64,000 bases of DNA from an uncultured Pseudomonadota bacterium. Its GTDB lineage: Bacteria; Pseudomonadota; Alphaproteobacteria; JACZXZ01. This document shows, piece after piece, positions 49,218 through 59,491 of the stretch. Position numbers and translations under genes: made by a program. The notes under the pieces were generated by a model. It was not told the origin of the DNA and did not search any database. It worked only from the letters and a program-made list of their open reading frames with translations. The first letter of the stretch is position 1, and the number at the start of each line of letters is the position of its first letter. The stretch covers positions 864,001 to 928,000 of the forward strand of contig CAVVLJ010000017.1 of NCBI GenBank assembly GCA_963749075.1. Reading direction: 5' to 3'.

Positions 49218-50309
49218 GTGAAACTGCCGGCGACAGCACTCGGGCTCATGAGCGGCACCTCGCTCGACGGCATCGACGTGGCGTGCCTCGCGAGCGACGG
49301 CGAGGGCCGCATCGAGCCGGGTCCGTGGGCGAGCTACCCTTACGACGCGGGCTTGCGCGAGCTCGTGCGCAGCGTGCTCGGCGGCAAGGGCGAGGTGGCC
49401 GCGGCGGAGCGGGAGCTCACCATGGCCCACGCGGCGGCCGTAGAGCGCTTTCTCGCGAGCCATGGTCTCGCGCCGCGGGAGATCGATCTCCTGGGCTTTC
49501 ACGGCCATACCATCCTCCACCGCCCCCAGGAGGGGCGCACCTGGCAGATCGGCGACGGAGCACTCCTCGCGCGCGAGACCGGCATCGCCGTGGTCAACGA
49601 CTTCCGCAGCGCCGACATGGCCGAGGGCGGCGAAGGGGCGCCGCTTGTCCCCCTCTTCCACGCGGCCTTGGCGGAGGGCCTGGCACGGCCGCTCGCCGTC
49701 CTCAACCTGGGCGGCGTCGCGAACGTGAGCTGGATCGGCGAGGACGGCACGGTGCTCGCCTTCGATACCGGCCCGGGCAACGCGCCGCTCGACGATTGGC
49801 TCCGCCGCCACACCGGCCGCATCATGGACGAGGGCGGAGCGCTGGCCCGCCAGGGCCGCGTCGACCCCGCCGTGCTCGCCGCCTTTCTCGACCATCCCTA
49901 TTTCGCGCGCCGGCCGCCGAAGTCCCTCGACCGCGACGATTTCGGCTGGCGCATGGTGGAGCATCTCGGCGCCGCGGACGGCGCCGCCACGCTGACCGCA
50001 CTCGCGGCCCATGGCGTGGCGGCGGCGGCGCGCCACTTCCCCCGCCCGGCCCGGCGCTGGCTCGTGACGGGCGGCGGGCGGCACAATCCGGCACTGATGG
50101 CGGCACTCGCCCAAGCGCTCGGCACGGCGCTCGAGCCGGTCGAGGCAGTCGGCTGGCAGGGCGACGCGCTCGAGGCCCAGGCCTTCGCCTGGCTCGCGGT
50201 GCGCGCACGCCGCGGCTTGCCCCTGAGCCTCCCCTCCACCACCGGCGTGCGGCGACCTACGTCCGGCGGCCGTTTCCACCCGGCGCCGCGTGCGGATGGA
50301 GCGTCTTAA
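49218..50309 (+). CDS. anmK: Anhydro-N-acetylmuramic acid kinase
   Basis: [43 protein letters not shown]. Confidence 0.95.
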   Translation: MKLPATALGLMSGTSLDGIDVACLASDGEGRIEPGPWASYPYDAGLRELVRSVLGGKGEVAAAERELTMAHAAAVERFLASHGLAPREIDLLGFHGHTILHRPQEGRTWQIGDGALLARETGIAVVNDFRSADMAEGGEGAPLVPLFHAALAEGLARPLAVLNLGGVANVSWIGEDGTVLAFDTGPGNAPLDDWLRRHTGRIMDEGGALARQGRVDPAVLAAFLDHPYFARRPPKSLDRDDFGWRMVEHLGAADGAATLTALAAHGVAAAARHFPRPARRWLVTGGGRHNPALMAALAQALGTALEPVEAVGWQGDALEAQAFAWLAVRARRGLPLSLPSTTGVRRPTSGGRFHPAPRADGAS

Positions 50310-50327
50310 GCGCTGTGAAGATTTGCA

Positions 50328-50349
50328 TGTAGCACGCATTTGTGCTACA
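50328..50349. promoter_or_regulatory. TA operator palindrome
   Basis: TGTAGCAC-N6-GTGCTACA upstream of the antitoxin. Confidence 0.7.
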
Positions 50350-50380
50350 AAGAGCGAGGCGGCGTCGTGGAGACCGTTCG

Positions 50381-50629
50381 ATGAGCAAAACGATCAGCTT
50401 GCGTGAGGCCAACCAAGGTTTTGCCCGCTGCATCCGCCAGGTCGAGGCGGGCGAGGACTATGTCATCACGCGCAAGGGCAAGCCGGTCGCCCGGCTTGTC
50501 CCCATCGCGGGCCCTCGCGCGCTCAGCGCTGCGCAACAGGCAGCGCGGGCTCGGGCGCGGGCGCGCATGGAGAAAGGGTGGCCGATCGGCGCCGGCGCGC
50601 TCGACCGCGATGGGCTCCATGAGCGTTGA
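50381..50629 (+). CDS. Phd/YefM-family antitoxin
   Basis: ISLREAN..F...V..GE..VITRKGKPVARLVP. Confidence 0.9.
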   Translation: MSKTISLREANQGFARCIRQVEAGEDYVITRKGKPVARLVPIAGPRALSAAQQAARARARARMEKGWPIGAGALDRDGLHER

Positions 50630-51086
50630 GGCCGAGCGCTTCACACTTGATACGAACATTCTCGTCTATAGCGTCGATCATGCAGCAGGTGCTCGCCACC
50701 ATCTGGCGGCCGAGATCGTAGACCGCGCGGTGGTGTGCGACTGCTGGCTCACGCTCCAGGCGCTCGCAGAGTTTTACGCCGTGGTGACGCGCAAGGGCGC
50801 CGTCTCTCGGGGCGAGGCCGCTGCACAAGCGAGCGATTGGCTCGACCTTTTCCCTTGTGCCGCCGCGTCGCAGACCGCGCTACGCACGGCATTCGGCGCC
50901 GCCGCAGGAAGACATACATCTTTTTGGGACGCTCTTCTTCTCGCCACCGCTGTCGAGGCCGGCTGCACCGCGGTCCTTACCGAGGATATGGCGGACGGTG
51001 CCAGCTTCGCCGGCATACGAATCTACAACCCTTTCGCCGGCACCAAGCTGGCAGCACCCGCGCGCAGGCTCCTCGGCATGGAATAG
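50619..51086 (+). CDS. PIN-domain (VapC-like) toxin
   Basis: LDTNILVY, QALAEF, SFWDALL, LTEDM; overlaps the antitoxin. Confidence 0.9.
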   Translation: MSVEAERFTLDTNILVYSVDHAAGARHHLAAEIVDRAVVCDCWLTLQALAEFYAVVTRKGAVSRGEAAAQASDWLDLFPCAAASQTALRTAFGAAAGRHTSFWDALLLATAVEAGCTAVLTEDMADGASFAGIRIYNPFAGTKLAAPARRLLGME

Positions 51087-51099
51087 CGCGGCTGGCGCC

Positions 51100-51750
51100 C
51101 TACTCCGCGGCCTGGGCGAGGCGCTGGTCGAGGTAGCTCTCCATGTTGGAGACCACGGCGGCGAGCTGGTCGCTGAAGAAGTGGTTGGCGCCCGGGATGA
51201 TGCGGTAGTCGATCTTGATGCCGCGCTGGTGGTTGAGCTTGTCGACCAGCTTGTTGACGGCCTCGAGCGGCACCACCTCGTCGGAGTTGCCCTGGATGAT
51301 CATGCCCGAGGCCGGGCAGGGGGCGAGGAACGAGAAGTCGTAGATGTTGGCGGGGGGTGCTACCGAGATGAAGCCGGCGATCTCCGGCCGCCGCATGAGG
51401 AGCTGCATGCCGATCCAGGCGCCGAATGAGAAGCCGGCGATCCAGCAGCTCGCCGCATTGGGGTTGAAGGTCTGCAGCCAGTCGAGCGCCGAGGCGGCAT
51501 CCGAGAGCTCGCCCTCGCCGCGGTCGAAGCTGCCCTGCGAGCGCCCGACGCCGCGGAAGTTGAAGCGCAAGCTGGAGAAGCCGCGGCGCACGAAGGACTG
51601 GAAGAGGTTGTAGACGATCTTGTTGTTCATGGTGCCGCCGTGCTGCGGGTGGGGGTGCAGCAGCAGCGCCACCGGCGCGTTCGGCATCTTGCTGTGATGA
51701 TAGCGGCCCTCGATGCGGCCGTCCGGTCCGTTGAAGATCACTTCGGGCAT
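51100..51750 (-). CDS. Alpha/beta hydrolase (conserved, divergent from cysE)
   Basis: HPHPQHGGTMNNK, RFNFRGVGRS, GFSFG nucleophile elbow, GANHFF. Confidence 0.92.
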   Translation of the reverse strand: MPEVIFNGPDGRIEGRYHHSKMPNAPVALLLHPHPQHGGTMNNKIVYNLFQSFVRRGFSSLRFNFRGVGRSQGSFDRGEGELSDAASALDWLQTFNPNAASCWIAGFSFGAWIGMQLLMRRPEIAGFISVAPPANIYDFSFLAPCPASGMIIQGNSDEVVPLEAVNKLVDKLNHQRGIKIDYRIIPGANHFFSDQLAAVVSNMESYLDQRLAQAAE

Positions 51751-51965
51751 TGGCCGACACTTCCTCCCGCGGCATCCCCGATCGGGCGAGGACCCGCCCC
51801 GACAGGCGCTCCGGGCCGCCCTCTCCTGCGGCAGCCGCCCGAGCCGCTGAACTTGACCGATAATAACGGGCAAATTATATGCCCGCCTGAAGCCCGCGGG
51901 CGGCGAGGCGACCGCAAAGCGCCGCAGCAGCCCTGAGGCACCCCGAGACATATCGCAGTCGGACC

Positions 51966-52709
51966 ATGGATTTCAAGAGTTTGCGCGAGCAGATCGATTC
52001 CATGATGGCACGCGACCCCGCGGCGCGCTCGCGCCTCGAGGTGGTGCTGGCCTATCCCTGCCTCCATGCCATCGTCTTCCACGCCCTTGCCCACGGGGCC
52101 TGGCGGCACGGCTGGCGGCTCTTGGGCCGCATCCTCTCCAACCTCGGCCGCTTCCTGACCGGCATCGAGATCCATCCGGGTGCTACCATCGGCCGCCGCC
52201 TCTTCATCGACCACGGCATGGGCGTCGTCATCGGCGAGACCGCCGTGGTCGGCGACGACGTGACGCTCTACCACGACGTGACCCTGGGCGGCGTGCTGCC
52301 CGCGGTCAATTCGGCGTCCCAGGTCGGTATTAAGCGCCACCCCACCCTCGGCAACGGGGTCATCGTCGGCTCGGGCGCCCAGATCCTCGGTGCGATTACG
52401 GTGGGCGAGGGCGCGCGCGTCGGCGCCAATGCGGTGGTGACCAAGGACGTGCCCGCGGGCGTCACCGTGGTGGGCAACCCGGCGCGCATCGTCATGCCCA
52501 AGGACAAGCGCACGAGCAAGGAGTTCCTCGCCTACGGCACGCCCACGGGGGACGTCGTCGACCCCTTCCTCCGCGCCATCGAGGACCTGCGCGGCAACGT
52601 GCAGGCGCTCAATGAGCGGGTGGCCGAGCTCGAGGCCCAGCTCGCCGCGCGCGAGGCTGACGATGAGGCCGCGGAGCGGGCAAGCGCTGTTTCCTCCCGC
52701 CAGCCGTGA
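51966..52709 (+). CDS. cysE: Serine O-acetyltransferase
   Basis: [32 protein letters not shown]. Confidence 0.95.
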   Translation: MDFKSLREQIDSMMARDPAARSRLEVVLAYPCLHAIVFHALAHGAWRHGWRLLGRILSNLGRFLTGIEIHPGATIGRRLFIDHGMGVVIGETAVVGDDVTLYHDVTLGGVLPAVNSASQVGIKRHPTLGNGVIVGSGAQILGAITVGEGARVGANAVVTKDVPAGVTVVGNPARIVMPKDKRTSKEFLAYGTPTGDVVDPFLRAIEDLRGNVQALNERVAELEAQLAAREADDEAAERASAVSSRQP

Positions 52710-53818
52710 ACGGCGAGATCTATCTCGACTACAACGCGACCGCGCCCTTGCGGCCCGAAGTGCCGCGCGCGATCGCGGAGGCGCTCGCCGAGCTCGGCAA
52801 TCCCTCCTCGGTGCACCGCTTCGGCCAGCGTGCGAGGAAGCGCCTCGAGGAGGCGCGCGAGACGCTCGCCGCCCTCGTGCGAGCCGAGCCGGGCAGCATC
52901 GTCTTCACGGGCGGCGGCACCGAGGCCAACAACCTGGCGCTTGCCGGCGGCGGCCGCGAGCGCCTCCTCGTCTCCGCCATCGAGCATGATTCGGTGCTCG
53001 CCGCGGCACCCGAGGCCGAGCGCATTCCGGTCGGCCCCGACGGCAGGGTGCGCCTCGAGGCGCTCGAGGCCATGCTCCGCGCGGACGCGCGGCCGGCCCT
53101 CGTCGCCGTCATGCTCGCCAACAACGAGACGGGCGTCGTCCAGCCGCTCGCAGAGGTAGCATCCCTCGCCCACGCCCACGGCGCCCTCCTCCACGCCGAC
53201 GCGGTCCAGGCCGCGGGCAAGCTTGCCCTCGATTTCCCTGCCCTCGGCGCCGATTTCATGTCGCTTTCCGCCCACAAGCTCGGCGGCCCGCAGGGCGTGG
53301 GCGCCCTCCTGGTGCGGCCGGGCGTGAGGCTGGCGGCCCTCCATCGCGGCGGCGGGCAGGAGCGCGGCTTGCGCGCCGGCACCGAGAATGTCCCCGGCAT
53401 CGCCGGCTTCGCGGCAGCGGCAGCGGCCGCGCAGCAGGGATTGGCCGCCTACGCGCGTATCTCCTCTTTACGCGACCGGCTGGAGGAGGGCGTAGCGGAG
53501 CTCTCGCCCGCGACGCGCTTCTTCGGCCGGGGCGTGCCGCGCCTTGCCAATACCGCCTGCTTCACCATGCCCGGCGTTGCGAGCGAAACACAGGTCATCG
53601 CCCTCGATCTCGCCGGCATCGCGGTGAGCGCCGGCTCGGCCTGCTCCTCGGGCAAGGTGCGGCCGTCCCATGTGCTCTCCGCCATGGGGGCCGCGGAGAG
53701 CGAGGCCGCGAGCGCCATCCGCGTGAGCCTCGGCTGGCTCACCACGGCCGAGGAGGTCGAGCGCTTCATCGCGGCCTGGGGGGCGCTCCATGCCCGTCTC
53801 GGTGCCAGGGCCGCCTGA
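52706..53818 (+). CDS. Cysteine desulfurase (NifS/IscS-like)
   Basis: [36 protein letters not shown]. Confidence 0.92.
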   Translation: MNGEIYLDYNATAPLRPEVPRAIAEALAELGNPSSVHRFGQRARKRLEEARETLAALVRAEPGSIVFTGGGTEANNLALAGGGRERLLVSAIEHDSVLAAAPEAERIPVGPDGRVRLEALEAMLRADARPALVAVMLANNETGVVQPLAEVASLAHAHGALLHADAVQAAGKLALDFPALGADFMSLSAHKLGGPQGVGALLVRPGVRLAALHRGGGQERGLRAGTENVPGIAGFAAAAAAAQQGLAAYARISSLRDRLEEGVAELSPATRFFGRGVPRLANTACFTMPGVASETQVIALDLAGIAVSAGSACSSGKVRPSHVLSAMGAAESEAASAIRVSLGWLTTAEEVERFIAAWGALHARLGARAA

Positions 53819-53841
53819 AGGGCTCGCGCCGCGGGGGGAGG

Positions 53842-53874
53842 GCGAGCTTGCGCATCGGCTGCGGGAGGTTTACC
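53842..53874 (+). pseudogene. Relic of a second cysteine desulfurase (IscS C-terminal motif)
   Basis: Intergenic DNA translates as [11 protein letters not shown], compare IscS S(I/L)R(F/I)G.GRFT. Confidence 0.5.
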
Positions 53875-53919
53875 CGAGGAGCGGCGGACCTGCAGGAGCT
53901 GGAGACGGAGAGGAGTGCG

Positions 53920-54255
53920 ATGCCGAGGATGGTCTTCATCGAGCGCAACGGCAACCGCAAGGAGGTGGAGGCGCCCCTCGGCATGTCGCTCCTCGAGATC
54001 GCCCATCGCAACGACGTCGACCTCGAGGGCGCCTGCGAGGGCTCGCTATCCTGCTCGACCTGCCACGTCGTCGTCGAGCCCGATTGGTTCGACATGCTCG
54101 CCGAGCCGAGCGAGGACGAGGAGGACATGCTCGATCTCGCCTTGGGCCTCACCAAGACCTCGCGCCTCGGCTGCCAGATCAAGATGACCGAGGAGCTCGA
54201 CGGCCTGACCGTGCGCCTCCCCGCCGGCAGCCGCAACCTCCTCCTCGGCGACTGA
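53920..54255 (+). CDS. fdx: 2Fe-2S ferredoxin (adrenodoxin/ISC type)
   Basis: [29 protein letters not shown]. Confidence 0.93.
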   Translation: MPRMVFIERNGNRKEVEAPLGMSLLEIAHRNDVDLEGACEGSLSCSTCHVVVEPDWFDMLAEPSEDEEDMLDLALGLTKTSRLGCQIKMTEELDGLTVRLPAGSRNLLLGD

Positions 54256-54262
54256 GGCGGCC

Positions 54263-55393
54263 ATGATGAACAGCCTCGCCATCGCCAAGCCTCCCCGCGA
54301 GACGCGCGTCGTCGTCGCCATGTCGGGCGGCGTCGACAGCTCGACCGTGGCCGCCCTCCTCCGCGAGGAGGGCTACGAGGTCATCGGCTTGACGCTCCAG
54401 CTCTACGACCACGGGGCGGCGAGCGGGAAGAAGGGCGCCTGCTGCGCCGGCCAGGACATCTACGACGCCCGCCGCGTGGCGGAGCGCCTGGCGATCCCCC
54501 ACTACGTGCTCGACTACGAGGGCCGCTTCAAGCGCGAGGTCATGGCGCCCTTCGCCGCAAGCTATCTCGCCGGCGAGACGCCCATCCCTTGCGTCAATTG
54601 CAATGCGCGGGTGAAGTTCCGCGACCTCCTGGCGCTTACGCGCGAGCTCGGCGCCGAGGCACTCGCGACCGGCCACTACGTGCGCCGCGTCGAGGGACCG
54701 GCGGGGCCCGAGCTCCACCGCGCCGCCGACCCGGCGCGCGACCAGAGCTATTTCCTCTTCTCGACCACGCGGGAGCAGCTCGCCCACTTGCGCTTTCCGC
54801 TGGGCGCGCGGCTCAAGGCGGAGACGCGGGCGCTCGCCGAGCGCCTCGGGCTTGCGGTCGCCCAAAAGCCCGACAGCCAGGACATCTGCTTCGTGCCAGA
54901 GGGCTCCTATGCGGGCGCCGTCGAGCGCTTGCGTCCCGGTGCCGCCGAGCCCGGCGAGATCGTCGATCTCGCGGGCCGCGTGCTCGGCCGGCATGCGGGC
55001 ATCATCCATTTCACCGTGGGCCAGCGCCGCGGCCTCAACGTGGGCGGCAGCGCCGAGCCGCTCTTCGTCGTGCGCTTCGACGCCGCCTCGCGGCGCGTGG
55101 TGGTGGGCCCGCGCGCGGCACTTGCGCGCGATACGGTCGCGCTCCGCGAGATGAATTGGCTCGACGCAGAGCCGCTGCCGGAGGGCGGCCGGCCGGTGAC
55201 GGCCAAGCTGCGCTCGGCGCAAGCGCCGCTCGCGGCCAGGGTGACGCCGCTTCCCGGCGGCCGCGCCGAGCTCAGCCTCGCGGCACCGCACGAGGGCATC
55301 GCCCCCGGCCAGGCCGCGGTGCTCTACGACGGCACGCGCCTCTTGGGCGGCGGCTGGATCGAGGCCGCGGCATTGCGCCGCGAGGCCGCATAA
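54263..55393 (+). CDS. mnmA: tRNA 2-thiouridylase
   Basis: [45 protein letters not shown]. Confidence 0.96.
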   Translation: MMNSLAIAKPPRETRVVVAMSGGVDSSTVAALLREEGYEVIGLTLQLYDHGAASGKKGACCAGQDIYDARRVAERLAIPHYVLDYEGRFKREVMAPFAASYLAGETPIPCVNCNARVKFRDLLALTRELGAEALATGHYVRRVEGPAGPELHRAADPARDQSYFLFSTTREQLAHLRFPLGARLKAETRALAERLGLAVAQKPDSQDICFVPEGSYAGAVERLRPGAAEPGEIVDLAGRVLGRHAGIIHFTVGQRRGLNVGGSAEPLFVVRFDAASRRVVVGPRAALARDTVALREMNWLDAEPLPEGGRPVTAKLRSAQAPLAARVTPLPGGRAELSLAAPHEGIAPGQAAVLYDGTRLLGGGWIEAAALRREAA

Positions 55394-55409
55394 GGGAGCG
55401 CGTCACATC

Positions 55410-55712
55410 ATGAGCCTCGAGAGCATGACCGCCGAACTCGGCCGCCGCGCCTCCCAGAACGCCCCGCTCGGCTACAAGGTCAAGTTCGACCTGGGCGCCG
55501 ACGGGATCATCTATTGGGACGGCACGGAGGCGGCCGCCAAGGTCACCAACGACGACGCCGAGGCCGACACGGTGATCCACCTCTCGGCCGACGATTTCGC
55601 CAAGCTCATGACCGGCGCCCTCGACCCCACCATGGCCTTCATGCTCGGCAAGCTCAAGGTCGAGGGCAAGCTTGGCGTCGCCATGAAGCTCACGACGCTC
55701 TTGGGCGATTGA
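55410..55712 (+). CDS. SCP2 sterol/lipid-binding domain protein
   Basis: LDPTMAFMLGKLKVEG. Confidence 0.88.
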   Translation: MSLESMTAELGRRASQNAPLGYKVKFDLGADGIIYWDGTEAAAKVTNDDAEADTVIHLSADDFAKLMTGALDPTMAFMLGKLKVEGKLGVAMKLTTLLGD

Positions 55713-55720
55713 CCTCCAGT

Positions 55721-55872
55721 CCTCTCCTCCTTCAGGAGGAGAGGAAGGGGCCCATCGCGAAAGCGATGGGAAGGTGAGGAGGACGAGCGCTTGTGCGCTT
55801 CTGCGGCCGGCGATGTGCCATGCATAGCCATCTCCTCACCCCAACCCTCTCCTCCTCAAGGAGGAGAGGGAG
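55721..55872. repeat. Composite REP-like hairpin element
   Basis: CCTCTCCTCCTTCAGGAGGAGAGG, CCCATCGCGAAAGCGATGGG and GGTGAGGAG matched by CTCCTCACC and CCCTCTCCTCCTCAAGGAGGAGAGGG. Confidence 0.8.
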
Positions 55873-55933
55873 ATCGGCGCCGCTCGAGTTTCGAAAATCT
55901 CACGCCGAGACACCGCCCACCATGCCCCTTCGC

Positions 55934-55963
55934 TTGACAGCTTCGCGGCTTTCGCCCTATAGG
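55934..55963 (+). promoter_or_regulatory. Sigma70-type promoter for the tRNA
   Basis: TTGACA, 17-18 nt spacer, (C)TATAGG, then a GC-rich discriminator. Confidence 0.6.
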
Positions 55964-56016
55964 CCTTGCCGGCACCGCACCGTCTCGCCATCTTCGAGCG
56001 GCGGCGCTCATCCCGT

Positions 56017-56093
56017 GGCGGAGTAGCTCAGCTGGTTAGAGCAGCGGAATCATAATCCGTGTGTCGGGGGTTCAAGTCCCTCCTCCGCTACCA
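56017..56093 (+). tRNA. tRNA-Met(CAT), probably elongator
   Basis: 77-nt cloverleaf: GGCGGAG acceptor, TAGCTCAGCTGGTTAGAGC D-arm, CAT at 56051-56053, GGTTCAAGTCC T-arm, encoded CCA. Confidence 0.95.
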
Positions 56094-56219
56094 ACACAAT
56101 ATTGATAATACATACATATTTCGAAGAACGCCGATCTGTTGGATGCCCCTCCGAGCCGCTCGGCTCCGGCTCTCGACGACAGCGGCCGAGGACGAGGCCC
56201 TACTGGGAAAGACCGTATC

Positions 56220-56594
56220 ATGGTCGGATTCATCGTTCGCGCGGCGCTCGTCGCACTCGGTCTCTGGCTGGCCTCGAGAATCGTGCCGGGAGTCGAGGTG
56301 GGCTCGGTCGGCAGTCTGCTCTGGGCGGCGCTGCTCCTGGGCGTCGTCAACGCCGTCGTTCGGCCGGTCCTGGTGATCCTGACCCTCCCGATCACGCTGA
56401 TCACGCTCGGCCTTTTCCTCCTCGTCATAAACGGGCTGATGATCGAGCTCGTCACCGTCTTCGTGGCCGGGTTCATCGTCCATGGGCTTATGTCGGCGAT
56501 CCTCTGCGCTCTGATCGTCAGCCTGACGAGCTGGCTCGTCTCCTGGTTCATCGGCCCGCGGGGCAGGATCGAGGTGGTGGTCGTCCGACGGTAG
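56220..56594 (+). CDS. Phage-holin-like membrane protein (YvlD/DUF360 family)
   Basis: LGVVNAVVRPVLVILTLPITLITLGLFLLVING signature. Confidence 0.88.
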   Translation: MVGFIVRAALVALGLWLASRIVPGVEVGSVGSLLWAALLLGVVNAVVRPVLVILTLPITLITLGLFLLVINGLMIELVTVFVAGFIVHGLMSAILCALIVSLTSWLVSWFIGPRGRIEVVVVRR

Positions 56595-56630
56595 GCCTGC
56601 GTCGCGAAGCGTGTGCTTCGGGAGATCCGC

Positions 56631-56981
56631 CTAAACCACCCTCCGCACGATGTGATGCCGGTTGCGCGTGTAGGGCCGCACCTCGGTGGCCCAGCGGCCG
56701 AGCTCCGACGCCGCGGCCCAGGCCGCGCTGGTGAGGACGGCCGGGCTGTCGATCTCGTAGATCGCCGTGTATGTGGGCGCACCCTCGCCCGTGAGCCGCT
56801 TCGTCTCCCCGCCGATGTTGAGGCTGGCGGGCTCGGTGCAGAGCCGCGTGACCGAGCGCACGCCCGGCACCTTCAAGAGGTTCGGCACGTGCTCGCGGTC
56901 GTAGACCTCGTTGAAGAGCGCCTCCTTCTCGGGCGCCACGTTCATGCTCGCGATGAAGACGTATTTCGTTGCAATCGCCAT
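56631..56981 (-). CDS. Dimeric alpha-beta barrel (EthD/DUF4286-like) protein
   Basis: EALFNEVYDREHVPNLLKVPGV, YTAIYEIDS. Confidence 0.7.
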   Translation of the reverse strand: MAIATKYVFIASMNVAPEKEALFNEVYDREHVPNLLKVPGVRSVTRLCTEPASLNIGGETKRLTGEGAPTYTAIYEIDSPAVLTSAAWAAASELGRWATEVRPYTRNRHHIVRRVV

Positions 56982-57090
56982 TTCGCTCTCCCTTGCACGC
57001 GTCGTCCGTCGCAATTATACGGGCCGTCTATGGCCAGCGGATCGAAATCGACCGTGGACGCGCGACCTCGGTAGTGCGCTCACGGTCCGT

Positions 57091-57549
57091 CTAATGCGTG
57101 TCGAATTCGCCCAGGGGGAGTTCCCATTCCAGGTGCGCATACAATTCGAGGAGATATTGGGACACAGGATCAGACACATCAACGAAGCGGACACTCATCC
57201 TCCTTACTCTCGCGATCTCTCGCTCAAACACAGGGCGAAACCTCGCATCCTGAGCTAAGGCTGCTCGTGATCCCTCGGGCTTGTATGTTGCGGGCAACTT
57301 CAGCGCCAGACGTGCTTGCTTGAATGCGAACGTAGCGGAGTAATGGTTCCGTCTAAAGTGGCCTCGTAATCTTGCCAGCAAATTCCGTGTGCGACCGACG
57401 TGAACCGGCCGTCCTCCCTCGAAGAAAGCATAGACGCCTTTTCGGCCCAGGAGAGTAGCGTCCACCTTCTCGATGGCGCTTGCCTCAGCGGCTAGCTTCG
57501 CAAATAGAACGGGTATCTGTTCCGTCGCTCTAGCAAAGTCCTTGTTCAT
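57091..57549 (-). CDS. Stand-alone GIY-YIG nuclease-family protein
   Basis: GVYAF...VHVGRTRNLLARLRGH and LLELY; visibly lower GC than the flanks. Confidence 0.78.
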   Translation of the reverse strand: MNKDFARATEQIPVLFAKLAAEASAIEKVDATLLGRKGVYAFFEGGRPVHVGRTRNLLARLRGHFRRNHYSATFAFKQARLALKLPATYKPEGSRAALAQDARFRPVFEREIARVRRMSVRFVDVSDPVSQYLLELYAHLEWELPLGEFDTH

Positions 57550-57725
57550 ATCGTCCCCATCCGCGAGACATCATGACCTGCTCCCGTCCGGTCCCTCATC
57601 GGTAACCTTCGTCAAGAAGCCTTGGACGGCCACTGCTCCAGCACCCAGGGCGGCGCTCCAAGGGTCGAACCGGTGCAAGGACCGGAAGCCGTGCGGGAAA
57701 CGGCGGGATATGGTATGTTAAATCT

Positions 57726-57953
57726 ATGGTTGCGAAAGTCCTTAAAGACGTGATCGAGCAAGCGGAGGCTTGGCCGGAAGAGGATCAGGCTGAGCTTGCG
57801 GAATACGCACGCGACATAGAGGCGCGTCGCCGTGGCGTGTACCATGCGACGCCAGCAGAGTTGGAGGCGATCGACGAGGCTGACCGCAGCGGCATAGCGT
57901 CCGATCAGGAGATCGAAGCGGCCTTCAGAACGTTCCGCCGGAATGAAGGTTGA
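57726..57953 (+). CDS. Putative antitoxin (addiction-module type)
   Basis: Small acidic protein (ELEAIDEADR...ASDQEIEAAF) overlapping a ParE-like gene. Confidence 0.75.
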   Translation: MVAKVLKDVIEQAEAWPEEDQAELAEYARDIEARRRGVYHATPAELEAIDEADRSGIASDQEIEAAFRTFRRNEG

Positions 57954-58230
57954 GTATACCACCCGCGCAGCGGCCGATCTTCGCAAAGTTTCTGCTGACG
58001 GCCGCCCTTTCGGCGAGGCAGTCGCCGCGGCAATCGAGGCGCGGATCCGTCAAGTTGTCGCGCACATCTCCGAGCATCCCGAGGCTGCGCCGCGCATTGC
58101 GGAGCGACCGGGCGTGCGCGTCGTGCCGCTCAGTCGTTACCCGTACAGGATTTTCTACAGAGTCCTGGAAGGTAGAGTGAGGATACTTCACATTCGGCAC
58201 ACTTCGCGGCGGCCGTGGAAAGGAGATTGA
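57943..58230 (+). CDS. RelE/ParE-family toxin
   Basis: MKVEYTTRAAADL...YPYRIFYRV...VRILHIRHTSR. Confidence 0.85.
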   Translation: MKVEYTTRAAADLRKVSADGRPFGEAVAAAIEARIRQVVAHISEHPEAAPRIAERPGVRVVPLSRYPYRIFYRVLEGRVRILHIRHTSRRPWKGD

Positions 58231-58329
58231 TAGGCGGACCATCCACGATCGTGTCCGAATAGAATGCTCCTCGGACCGAAGCTTCCTCCGCGGGACAGCC
58301 GTCCGCGGCAGAACCTCGAGATCGCCGCC

Positions 58330-58405
58330 CTACCTCCACCACCTCAGCGCCGCCGCCGCCGCCGCTGCGATCTCGGCCTCCGCAACCGCGAATGAGAACC
58401 GCACG
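58330..58405 (-). pseudogene. Diverged duplicate of the 3' end of the aminotransferase at 63002-64000
   Basis: Translates as VRFSFAVAEAEIAAAAAAALRWWR-stop versus LRFSFAGSEAEIAAAAEALKRWR. Confidence 0.75.
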
Positions 58406-58416
58406 CCCGGCCTCGT

Positions 58417-59448
58417 CTACCGCAGCTCCCGCCGCACCATCTCGGCACCCTCGCCGAGCGCCTTGAGCTTGCCGAAGGCGGTTGCGCGCGGGAGGTATTT
58501 CATGCCGCAGTCGGGAGCCGGGATGAGGCGATCGGCGGGGACGCGCTTGAGCGCCGCGCGGATGCGCGAAGCTACCGTCTCGGCGCTTTCGACCTCGGGG
58601 TCGCCCAGGTTGAGCACGCCGAGGATGATGGTCTTGCCGGCGAGCTCGTCGAGCACGCCGAGATCGAGCTTGGGCTGGGCGGCCTCGATCGAGATCTGCC
58701 GTGCCGAGCTGTCGGCGAGCTGGGGGAGGAAGGAATAGGCGGTCGGCTTGTTGTCGCCCACGAGCTGCGCGTAGCCGAAGCAGAGGTGCACCGCCGTCGT
58801 GGCCTTGAGCCCCGCGAGCGCCCGGTCGATCGCCTTGACCGCATAGCGCTTGGCCGCCTCGGGATCGTTGCGCAGCCAGGGCTCGTCCAGCTGGATCACG
58901 TCGGCGCCAGCGGCCTCGAGCTCGCGCGCCTCCGCGTTCACCGCCGCGGCGAAGTCGAGCGCCATCTCCTCGTCGTCGCGATAGAACTCGTTCTTCGCCT
59001 GCTGCGCCATGGTGAAGGGCCCCGGCAGCGTGATCTTGGCCAGGCGCTCGGTGTTGCGGCGGAGGAACTGCATGTCGCGCAGCTCGACCGCGTGCCGGCG
59101 GCGGATCGGGCCGGTCACGCGCGGCACGAGCGTCTCCTGCCCCGTGCGGTTGACGATCGTGCCGGGATTGGCGATGTCCATGCCGTCGAGCGCCGTCGCG
59201 AAGCGGTTCGAGTAGCTCTCGCGGCGCATCTCGCCGTCGCTGACGATGTCGATCCCCGCCCGCTCCATGTCGCGGATGGCGAGCAAGGTGGCGTCGTCCT
59301 GCGCCTCCTCGAGATAGGGCTCGGGCACCCGCCAGATCTCCGTCATGCGCACCCGCGGCACGGTCTTGGAGAGCTTGGCGCGGTCGATCAGCCACTCGGG
59401 CTGCGGATAGCTGCCGACCACGGTGGTCGGTAAGATGCGCTGCGTCAT
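58417..59448 (-). CDS. Single-domain cobalamin-independent methionine synthase-like (MetE C-terminal family) Zn enzyme
   Basis: TTVVGSYPQP, SDGEMRR, KITLPGP, IQLDEP, HLC, PDCG Zn ligands. Confidence 0.88.
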   Translation of the reverse strand: MTQRILPTTVVGSYPQPEWLIDRAKLSKTVPRVRMTEIWRVPEPYLEEAQDDATLLAIRDMERAGIDIVSDGEMRRESYSNRFATALDGMDIANPGTIVNRTGQETLVPRVTGPIRRRHAVELRDMQFLRRNTERLAKITLPGPFTMAQQAKNEFYRDDEEMALDFAAAVNAEARELEAAGADVIQLDEPWLRNDPEAAKRYAVKAIDRALAGLKATTAVHLCFGYAQLVGDNKPTAYSFLPQLADSSARQISIEAAQPKLDLGVLDELAGKTIILGVLNLGDPEVESAETVASRIRAALKRVPADRLIPAPDCGMKYLPRATAFGKLKALGEGAEMVRRELR

Positions 59449-59491
59449 CGCGCGGCCCTCCTTCTTGCTGTCGCTCTCGTCCCGCCCGGCG

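Noticed and set aside
56220-56594. Holin-like gene next to a tRNA as evidence of a prophage
   Set aside because: The YvlD/DUF360 family is commonly chromosomal; no integrase, endolysin, structural genes or convincing att duplication of the tRNA 3' end were found.
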